A DNA stretch of 59,345 nt, filler included, from Sphacelaria rigidula (Eukaryota): assembly GCA_964200075.2 (NCBI GenBank). It is 4 parts of 4 records of this genome, joined end to end, with 100 filler letters (N's around TTAATTAATTAA, not from the genome) between each part and the next. Parts side by side here need not be neighbours in the genome. Positions count along the whole stretch, not along the records: positions 44,588 to 59,345 come from CAXNAA020002063.1; 3 more parts are not named here. One strand, 5' to 3'. Position numbers and translations under genes: made by a program. Of this stretch, positions 49,230 through 59,345 are shown piece by piece. Below the pieces are notes generated by a model that worked only from the letters and a program-made list of their open reading frames with translations, was not told where the DNA came from and did not search any database. Each line of letters opens with the position of its first letter. The stretch's first letter is position 1.

Positions 49230-52200
49230 CTGTGCGATGCAAAATAACAAGAGACAACAAACAATAAGGGCGACCTGGTCGGTGTTATAACCAAATACGC
49301 GACATGTGAACATTTCGTAAGCCTTATTCCTCCAATAAATCAAAGCAGCGTGACACGGGGAAAGCAAGGCATGATACGACCCTTGTGTTCGAGGCAATCT
49401 CTGCTTCTCTCTGCACTTTTGCGGGATAACGACTGAGGCCAATCTCGACGGCGCCGAGAAAAACCGAAGAGAAAAGGAGCGTCCAAAAGCAGCATGTTGA
49501 TTGGTCGCCGCGATATCACCCCGCCCCGTGATGTCGCGGTGACCAATCAACATGCTGCTTTTGGAAGTCTTTTTTCTTCCCAACCTTTTTGATTTGACAC
49601 GTCAAGCTTGACCCACAAGTACGGGAGTAGCGAAACGAAGCAGGGTCATGATCCAAACCACAGTCTCTTGGCGGAGGGGTTGGTGAAGCCACGGTAGAGT
49701 ATGACTTGTGCGAAAAAATGTCGTGCGTGTGTAGAAATCTCAAAACTTTATGCACCAAACTATTGAAAAATTCATGTTCTCGCGGGAAATAGACATTAAT
49801 CTTCAACACGCGTGGCAGTTTCTAGCTTGAAATCTTCAATCAAAATTGTGCTGCTCACCTAGCAGACCCCCCACCCCCGCCCCCTCACTGGGCAATGGTG
49901 AAGTATGAGACCCAGTGAAATGAACCAGGGTACGTACAAATTAGTCTTGTGATGGGGGGAGCTGATGAAGTCACAGTACTGTATGTAAGGGGAAAAAACG
50001 CGGGCAGACCATCCTCCCCCTTGCCAAGTTTATATACGAAAACAACAAAATACGCCTCATTGGCTGAAAAGCGTCTTCATACAATAAATCCGTAGGCTAA
50101 CGTTGTAGCAAGCAGGTGCAGGAGTGACCTGATGCCCACCACAGGTAGATACCCGTCATTTGACCTCGTATTTTCCGCCCTCGTTTTGCATACAGAGATA
50201 CATCACAGTACGCGCGATGTGGGATGATTGATATCCAGGCAGAACTCTGCAACTCATCCGATGTTTTTCCCTTCTTGTTCCATCGCATCAGTTCGAATCC
50301 TCTGATTCGCGGTCAACTCTTCCCGATTTTTCACAGCACTCGAAATGTATTTCGATCTACAAGCGACTGACATCGGAAAGTTCGACTCTTTCAAGGTGGG
50401 TGGGGGGGAGGGCACAGGGCAGGATTGAGGAACTGCAAATTCAAGAAATTTCGCTGCCAGATGCAATGGGATTTTTTTAAAGTATGTAGTCATCAATCAT
50501 GATCAAATCAACTTGCTGGTGATTGTTGATTACTGATCAAAAAATGTTTTTTAATTTCCTAAATCAACCAATCATGACTAGTTGATCATTTACCCAGATA
50601 AAGCATGGCGTTTGCGTCGTGAAACGCCACTTTTTTTTCGCCTGCGGCACGCGCGAGCAAGCGATGGATCTACTCGAGACGATGATACACGGCTAGCAGT
50701 AGATCCACACAACGCCATCCACCACAAAGCGGTAGCAGCACGCAACAGACCGCACGCCAGACAGGATAGCAGTAAACCAGTACGCTCAGGGTTACACGCA
50801 AGACGACACCATAAGTAGCGCGGTCAGTCGTGATGCAAGTGCTGAACCCACCGCCGGCAATGCCGCAGCCGAGTGTTTTCCCCCCCTCGACAGCAGTCAA
50901 GCTGTAAGTTGGAGCTCCCCCGGTGCCCGTCAGGAAAAAGAAAAAAGCGACCGTGTCCAAGAGGACCAGGTCCTCACTGAATCGGTCCTCCACAAAGAGG
51001 ATACTGTGTCGAAGGAAGACGTGGTACATGCTTAGTGGTCGAAGGCGAAGCGTGTGTATCCCCATACCGCCATCCTAGCTCGCAAGCACGTCGCGGTTCA
51101 AGCTTCATCTGTCGCGTTCGAACGTGTGCTTTCTGTTGGTGGACTTGTTGTACCTATAACGCGCAACCCTCGGAGCTCGGATCGAGTGCTAGACATCGTT
51201 TGCCTGCAGGAGAACTTCAAACACAACCGCTAGTAGATAGCACAGCTACGGTGCTTCGAAATATGACCTGCTGCGGTTTACTGTTCGTATTGGATACCTT
51301 CAAATACTGCTTTAAGGGCTCCGGACGGAAAGTAAATGTGACATTGCGGCGTGCACATCATAGGAGATGCGGTTGACCTATCTGTAACGACGGTTTGTGG
51401 GTAGTAGGTAGGATGTACCTTACCTGTGTATTCGTGGCACCCGCAAGGTGGCGTGCTGTATATCGTCATGTCCAATGATAACGGATACTTCAGCACCGTA
51501 CAAGTAGACCAGTGTACGGTGTATTGAGGAAACGTCTTACTCTTATATAACAGGTGGTGTCTACTGATACGGCTGAAGTAATTCGCAGAACAATGCTGCT
51601 GGCGTGCGCGTGTGCCGTGAATCGATTCACCATGAAAATATCAGCTCACTGAGGCTTATTTGCTGCTTTGATACTTCCAAAATAGTCAACTAATCATCAC
51701 TAGTTGGTTCAACCACGTAATCAATCCTAGCTGATTATAATCAAATAGTCACGATTAATCAACCAGATGTTGGACAAATAACCAACAATCAGATCAACCC
51801 GATGTATGAGTTGGTGTACAACCCTAAAGTGGACACAGCCCCAAAATGGACGCTATGCAATTCTCGCAAATAGCTCCAACGCAAGCATGGAATTTTACGC
51901 TGCCCTTGCAGGAAGTTGAGACCGGCGGGGTACCAAACGAAGCTTTCGTGGATAAGCTGCCAGCATTGATCACGCCCCAGCGCCAAATTGAGCAGCTGTC
52001 ATGATCTCCGTTTTAGCGCATAACTGTGGATCCTCCAAGTCCCAAGAGGGCGTGTACTCACGATCTTGCATGCCGTAGTCGTATGACCATTGACCTCGTC
52101 ATGGCAAGTCTCGAGGGGAGGGCTTACTCATTTGTTGCTTGCCTCAGTCGTTTGACCATTGTCCCGAGGGGGGACGCCATGGCGCGCATGGACGTGTTCG

Positions 52201-52644
52201 AAGGTGGTGGTCAGTGCCAATGCCTGGAGCATGACTCAACTGAATTACCTTAGGGTAGAATGTTGCAGCATGTGACCATCCTTGAGTAAACCTTGTGTAT
52301 AATTTTCAAGTGAAACTGCATTGATTACCCTCGATATTTCCATCTATCCATAGCAGAGGTCGTAGAGAGGTTGGCGGAGCTCATAACTTCGTTGATCGAA
52401 AGTGGGGCGTAAATGCTGGCTATCGTTTTCAACTTTTTGTCATACAAGAACGCTGCGTTAAAAGGGGCGCGTATCGCACATCCATAAGGCGGGTCCCAGG
52501 ATGAGTACGCGTAGGTCGTGCTGAGGGAATCCACCACAGTTCCAAGGGCGTATAGGGTAGGGCATACCCAATACTTTGATATTTGAGAAATGGAGATCCG
52601 ACCCAAGACACACATCCCACCCCCCTTCTGCGGTGCTTGCCTTG

Positions 52645-52810
52645 TTTATTTTTTATCGCGAGAGGGGATCAGTAATACCTTTCCCTCGTCGACCGTTGAG
52701 TCGAACTATGTGTACCCACGACATGGTCGCTCTCCACTGTTGGGCATGGTGTGAGAAAAAATCTCAGATCGCTCCGAGATTTGAACCCACTACCCAGCCG
52801 TCAGAATCTA
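52645..52810 (-). mobile_element. Probable 5'-truncated tRNA-derived SINE (second family)
   Basis: B-box-like GGGTTCAAATCTC followed by oligo-T, body and A-rich tail on - strand; A box not evident. Confidence 0.5.
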
Positions 52811-52897
52811 CTATACTGCCCACATTTCACCTCCGATATATATTGTTCCCATGTGCGGTACTACAATACTGGACGATAAGAACCGCAGTGAGTTCTT

Positions 52898-53094
52898 CAA
52901 GGGTGTGCTGGGTGGGTAGGGTAAATACCCGGGTATGTACTCTCCCGAAGGTTGCGTGCTATGGTCCGATCTTCAACCTCTACCCAATGTCGGGGTATTG
53001 TTAAGTACTATCTGAATACTCACTCCACTGGGTGCTGTAGTACGATTTTTCAAGATACCCGAAGGTACGAAATACCCTACGCCACACACCCTTA
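52898..53094. mobile_element. 197-bp hAT-like MITE
   Basis: CAAGGGTGTG...CACACCCTTA with perfect 8-bp TSD GAGTTCTT (52890-52897, 53095-53102). Confidence 0.88.
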
Positions 53095-53237
53095 GAGTTC
53101 TTTTCGTGCCGTTTCACAGTACTCGTAGCTGGCTGAAGTACTTGGCCCGCGGCGGCCGGTAGGGTATGGCATTCATGAACACAACGGCGCGATATTTAGA
53201 AATAGCGATGTGATACGGGCAAGACCACGAAATATTG

Positions 53238-54957
53238 CAAGGTTATGTTCTGTAAGGTACGGGTACGTTCTGTAGGGTATGGTTATCTTTGTAGAACTTA
53301 CAGAAATATCGGATACCGGTATGAAAGTCTCACAGAGTTTACAGAACTGTCGGGTATGGGTATGAAAGTCTTACAGGTATCACAGGACTTGTCGGGTACG
53401 GAATGGGAGGCTTACAGGAACCCGGTACCGGCAATCGTAACTCTTTCAGGACATACCCGCCCCTCGGGTTAGGGTAATTGTTTTGTACAGAACTCACAGA
53501 TCTATCGGGTAAGGGTGTGGGAGGCTTACAGAACTTACAGAAACTGTCGGGTGGGGTATGGAGGTTGCGTAGAAAACCGTACCCGCAACCGGTTATCTTA
53601 TCAAGAGCATACCCGCGCCCCCCGGTGACGGTAAGGGAGGCTTAGAGAACCCATAGAACTATCGCGTACGGGTATGGTAAACACTCGGCAAAATATCCCG
53701 GGTACACAGAAAACCGTACCCTACAAAGCGCGACCTTGGTATTATCATTACCTCTGTGGTGGGACCTACCTCACTACAACAGTGGCGGAGTACAGATGAT
53801 AGTTCACGAAAACTCTCAACGGCTTCACGGGGTTGATAGAGAAAGACTAAACGAACAATCGCAGCAGAACATGTGCACGGGATCGTCAACATCTATCGGC
53901 TTCACGTACACTCCCAGAGAGTACATGAAGGAGCATTCACGGCTGCCCGCTCTCTGGAAGCCCTTTGGACCGCGACAAAATTTCCGACGGCCTTGACGAT
54001 TTTCGGTGGCGGCTCGTATTCTCTGCTGTACATGTCGATAACGACCTGGGATTTGATTACCACGAGGCAACCATCAACGTCGATGACGTGCGTCTTGCTA
54101 CTTGATCCCCTGGTGGCGCAGATGAACCGCCCCCGCTCGAGCCACCACTCGAGTCTGGGGATGATCCATCTTGACGGTCTGCGGTGCTGCTCATATTTCG
54201 TGTGCCCACGCAGCGGTACCTCGTATCCCGTCAGATTCCAAACCAAAGAACTCTTCAACATTGAATTATTGTTGGTGTGCAGTTTTGAATGAATGAAGGA
54301 GTTATTGGGTGGGTTGACCGATGGGAGGTACATGTTCAGGTCATGAGGTTGTGTTTGGATTGAACCCATATCCGTACCCCCCCAAGGTATATACCTGTGC
54401 TCATACCTGCAATCGGGTGTATCTACAACGGTATACCCTAATCACGGGTAGTGGTGTGGGAGGCTTACAGAGCTCACAGAACTGTCGGGTACCGGTACTG
54501 GATGAAAGTCCAACAAAAATTACAGAACCTGTCGGGTACGGTATGGGAGGCTTACAGAAAAACCGTACCGGCAATTGGATATTTTTGTAAGAACATACCC
54601 GCGCTCCCGGTACGGGTAAACATGCTGTGCAGACCTCAAAGAACTGTCGGGTAAGGGTATGGGAGGCTCACATAACTCACAGAAACAGTCGGGTAGGGTA
54701 TGAAGGTTGCACAGAAAACCTTACCCGCAATCGGGTATCTTATCAAAAGCGTACCCGTGCCCCCCGGTAACGGTACGGGAGTCTCACAGAGATGAAAGAA
54801 CTATCGGGTAAGGGTATGAAAATCTTACAGAGATTACAGAACTGTCGGGTACCGGTATGAAAGTCTTGCATAAGTCACAGAATTGTCGGGTACGGTAAAT
54901 ACCCGGCAAAAATACCCCGGGAGTAGAGAACACCGTACCCTACAGAACAAAACCTTG
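53238..54957. mobile_element. 1720-bp composite hAT-like non-autonomous element with internal cargo
   Basis: 25-bp TIRs CAAGGTT(A/T)TGTTCTGTA(A/G)GGTACGG; TSD AAATATTG/AAATATTA; two arrays of ACAGAACTGTCGGGTA.GGTATG repeats flank unique DNA at ~53739-54340; an internal right-end TIR ends at 53738. Confidence 0.85.
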
Positions 54958-55263
54958 AAATATTAATCTCAACAGCCTGTAACGAAATATCGTGCCTAAA
55001 ATCGGCCCCCATTCACCGGCATAACTATGTGCTGCAGCACCTGTCTACAGAAGAAATGAAGCCTGAGTGAGCCAATCAGCATCAATCACAAGTACACGCG
55101 TCACTTCGAAATAGCGACCACGCTGATACAAGCTGTACTTCAATACCAGTACAGTATTCTACAACAAGCTTGTGACTGACGTTGCTATACATCTGTACAT
55201 AGGATCACAACAACAGGAGGATAGAAGCTGCTGCTCGTGTTGTTGTACCCATCTCGTTGCGGT

Positions 55264-58018
55264 CAGGTGTTTGCGAGGACCAAAATCGGGTCCGGTCTTG
55301 AAGTCCAGAGCAAGACCGGAATATCACCCGATTTCGGTTCAATAACTAGGTTTTACAGACCGCACCGACTTTGGTGATGTTAAAACCAAATTTGGGTCTT
55401 GGACTCGGGCTTTCCTATTGGTCAACGATCCCAAGTCCGCATTACGGGTAGGGTTACTCTGGTCTGGGGGGCATATTTGCCCTCAAAGCCCGCAGCCAAA
55501 AAACCATTCTGGTCTTCCCTCGGTTTGGTCTTTTAGATATACATGCTATTGGCCGAAAGGCCCGAAGGGTTTTCCGTTCCTCCGGCACATACCACACCAG
55601 CTCCATCATCGCGCGTAGGGCGCACACCAGGCCACACGCCGAGAACGGTTGGTGTGACAGCGGAAAGAACGAGTGTTGAGAACAACTTGACACAGACAGC
55701 GAATAGCTCGAACAACATGAAACAAACGCGACGTGCATGCGGCTTGCACGAAAGTTCAGAGCACGGGAAGGGAGAAAGCATGTGACACAGCAGGAGACGT
55801 TTTTTTACTCACCTCCCACAGATGAGGGTAACTCACGGTGAATTGCAAGATTTTTGCGAGAAGCGCGATCATGGCCGAGCGTTCAAAAATTGGCACTCGG
55901 CAAGAATTGAGGATCCGTCTAAAATGAGGGGAAGAACTATGACATGGGAAATTTGCTATTTCACCGTGCTGCAGCACAAACATACTCACGCTCTCTCTCA
56001 TATGCTGTAGCTATCACTGTGGTGTGGTGTGGTGTGGTCGGACCTTCGCGAAGACGGTTTGGTGTCCGCTGGGATTGCGTCAGTTGCCTTACTGTGACTA
56101 CCTCGGTTCTTTTACAGAAAATGAGTAAAAATATGCTTTTCGGTACGCAGTGCTATCTACACACAACTGTCTGTTGTGTGTTGGCTGTTCCGTCTTCCAT
56201 AAAACGAACAAGGCGTTTCGCACACCCATCATTTCTATGCTGTAGTTGTCGCTGTGCTGTTGTGCATTTGAACACTCTACCACGAACATGGTGTAATGTG
56301 CCCTGGAGAGTGCCTGAGCAGTTGTAGTGCTGTATGCGGTGTTCCGGTAAGCACAAAAGTGGAGTGAGATCAAAGTGCTGTACACTAGCTACTTTACTGT
56401 CTGTACACAAAGATGAAGCGATGAAACGATCGCGTGACGGACGACTGTGCAGTTGTCTGTTGCGTCCCCGTCCGTACTTCAGCTTTAGTCGGGTGCTGGG
56501 ATCGGAGAAGACACGCAAGGCGGACACGTGCACGTCGGGGCGAACAAACTGAGCCAGCACGGAGCTGCTCTATCCCAAGCGTATGATGACAGGAGCTGTC
56601 TGCCTTGATGTCCCATGTAGTAGTTCTTCCCCTCATTTCAGACCGGTCCTCATCTTTTCGCCGAGTGCCAATTTTTGAACGCTTGGCGATGATCGCGCAA
56701 TAATGGCCCAGCGTTTGTAAACCGCCATTCGGGCAACATCGAGCTCATTCGAAATCAGGGGGAAAGTATCGCATGAGACATGTCCTATATCACTATGCTG
56801 CAGCACAAACACATTCATGCGCTGTCTCTTGTGCTGTAGCTGTCGCTGCGCTGTGGTGTCTCCAGCTTTTTTCGAAGGCGGTTTGGTCTCCGCTGGGACT
56901 GGCTGCGTGAGTTGTTTTGTTACTGTCGTGGCGTTCGTCTCCTCGAAAAATCATGCTGTCAACACGTAGTGCCCTCTAGACACTGTTCCTGTTGACACCT
57001 TCATGGTGTGTTGGTTATTTCGTCTCGAGTCAAACGAACAAGAGGCTTCCCAAACCCACAATTTATATGCTGTAGATTGTCGCTGTGCTGTTGTGCATCT
57101 AAACACTCTGCGATGATCACGGTGCGATGGGCGCTCGAGAGTGCCTGAACAGTTGTAGTGCTGCATGCGGTGTTCCGGTATGTACAGAGTTGGGGTGGCA
57201 CCAAAGTATGTATCGCCTGTTGGAGGAATGATACTTGGTTTGGGACTGAACACGAATAATACACTTTACAATACGACCTACTACTGTCTATTACCTAGGG
57301 TTTACCTGGATGCTCCGCAAATATAGAGAAAATACTACAGGAGGAACCCTCACGACTTTACACCCACCCGCACTCAAAGTGCGGACGAAGTGAGTATCAA
57401 TTGTATATCTGCGCTGGACTCAGCAGCAAGAAACAGTGAGCGTGCATCGTTCTGCGCTGAACACAGTCTACTGCCCGCTACTGGTGTCTCTACTTAGTGT
57501 TCCACATCAACACTGCAGTGTGGTGAAGCTATGTTGGCAACACAAGAGGGGTCAGGCAGGCGGCAAAGACAGGCCACGAGTAAAAAGTACGTCGTTTGTG
57601 CCCACGTGATTCATGATTCGCGATCAAAATGATTGTCCTGGCCTGCAACAACTTCTGTGCAAACCGGATACACGTCACGTCAATCGCTGTCTGTGTCAAG
57701 TTGTGTTCAAAATACTATTTCTTTGCGCATATGTTGTTGTGCTAACCTCAAAAGAACACCCCAACCACACCATCACCCGTTGATTCGCCATGTTCTAGGC
57801 GTGTGCTCTGGTGCTTGCGCAAGCAGCACGGTGGCTGGTGTGGTGTGTGTTGTCGGGAGGACGGTTACACGTTACACGTCACGCCTGTTGGCCAATAGAA
57901 TCTCCTATTAAAAGTCCAAACCGAGCGAAATGCAACCATCGGACTTTGGACTGACTTTGGACTTCGGGGGAATTGCAAAGTCCAAGTCCTGACCCGAATT
58001 TGATCTTCGCAAACACCG
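55264..58018. mobile_element. ~2.75-kb non-autonomous element with long imperfect inverted arms
   Basis: GGTGTTTGCGAGGACCAAAATCGGGTC vs reverse complement of right end GGTGTTTGCGAAGATCAAATTCGGGTC; further inverted matches (CTCGGTTTGG.CTTTTA, CTATTGGCC, ACCACACCAGC) out to ~350 bp; TSD not resolved. Confidence 0.7.
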
Positions 58019-59345
58019 TAGTATCTTGTTGTGCCGATCTTTCAATGCGGTTTTCTCGGCATCCAAGCAGAGGATTGGACAACGGTTTGTTGCGTGCGCT
58101 TCCCACACACCCAAACTAGGGACATTCGTTGCGGTTTCCCGAATCCTTAGACGACGAGCGTCGCCTCGGATCAGTTGTACAGGCTGGCAGTCCCGAGACA
58201 TCCGGGGTTTCCAGAGCTCGGGGGGGTGGTTTTTGAGGGAGGGTGTCTCGCCGCGGAGCATTGGAGAAGCTCACGGAGTCAACCATGTGTGTTTGAAACT
58301 TTTCCACGGAAAATTATGAGCAGTGCACGAGGCCCGAGAGGCGCGGGATGACCATTCTGACCAATCACGGTCGTCAAAATGAGCACTTTTGTTCCGGTAG
58401 AGATAGACAGCTGGTGGACACATTCGCCGTCTACCCTCAGATATCATTTTGATCATGCCAAATCAACCATAGATTATATAACCAAAAATCAGGTGTTCGA
58501 GCATCTTCGGTACACTGTGTCTATCTGTTCAGTACTGCCTGAGCGTCCTACTAGCTCCATACCTCCATCTGGTACAAAAAGTCATGGCACAACACGCGAG
58601 CGGCGGCCACGAGTATCCTACGCACGTAGATGTAGACAAGTACTTCGACGGTGAGGCGATCGCTATCGCCGAGCAATTGCTCCACGGTAGTCATGGGCGT
58701 CCCCAGCGGTAGTCATGGTGCGATATCCACACGCACGCCGCGTACACTCGGCACGTTCAAGACTGTAAGATCGAGTACGCTGCAGACCGCACGTGCAGCC
58801 GCGGCACGATACACTACAGACTGCACAGCAAAATTATACGGCGTAATAATCAGGTGGTCGACAACCACACCACCGTCTGTGTTATGACTCTCACAACTAT
58901 GTGCCTCTTACGCACTCCCGGTCCCTTCCGCCGTAGAGTACAGTAGGCGTGTTGAGTTGTGGTAAAGGAATGATTCTGAACCCAAAAAGTGGAGTGTCTA
59001 CCTCAGCCTACCAGCGGGGGAGTCGCTGTCTAAGGGTGAAGAATGCTTTACGAGAAAGCTCAGAAGAATACCCAAAAACGAAAATTGCCCAAAGTCTACG
59101 TAGCATAGGGTGGGTGAACCAATTAGTTCCGATCGCCCCCATGAATATCTTTACAGACCCTCACTTTTCATGTTCACCTTTTCATTGTGTTATAAAAAAC
59201 CGAAAATATTTGAAAGTGTGCTTTCGACCAAAACCGGTATATGAAAGGGCAATATACAAAGAAGGGTACATGTAAGGAAGGCGTATCGCTAGAGTAGTCA
59301 GAGACCTACGGGGGAGACTGTCGTCCTGATGCCGAAGGAACTCCG

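Noticed and set aside
51789..51986. WYPAGLNF as the missing ALG3 YPAG exon
   Set aside because: No GDTGPLV upstream, wrong spacing to the next exon and no in-phase GT donor; chance match.
53300..54900. CRISPR-like or coding repeat ACAGAACTGTCGGGTA
   Set aside because: Tandem degenerate units bounded by TIRs and an 8-bp TSD indicate MITE internal repeats.

Overview
Eukaryotic, intron-rich and repeat-rich genomic DNA. The long repeat-filled GT-AG introns and the MITE/SINE content suggest a brown alga (Phaeophyceae, Ectocarpus-like); this is an inference. The window is NOT one locus: it is four contigs of near-identical, descending length (1-14766, 14867-29627, 29728-44487, 44588-59345 = 14766/14761/14760/14758 bp) joined by artificial 100-bp linkers (44N-TTAATTAATTAA-44N), so no linkage can be claimed across joins. 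Contig 1: hAT-like non-autonomous element, an intronless 751-aa low-complexity ORF with a higher-order Gly-rich repeat and a decayed in-frame continuation, and possible decayed exons. Contig 2: two divergently oriented degenerate LTR retrotransposons around a central LTR block with a PBS-like motif on each side (a clear Ty3/Gypsy gag-pol on +, a gag-like ORF on -), interrupted by MITEs, one of which has TGTAAT...ATTACA ends, a 5-bp TSD and telomere-like repeats. Contig 3: first seven coding exons of COP9 signalosome subunit 4 (CSN4, - strand, 271 aa, 3' part not found), with introns full of 8-bp-TSD MITEs and a tRNA-derived SINE. Contig 4: last six coding exons of ALG3 alpha-1,3-mannosyltransferase (- strand, 5' part not found), plus a composite hAT-like element carrying cargo DNA and a 2.75-kb long-TIR element. 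I found no convincing new multi-gene system; the most unusual signals are transposon architectures.
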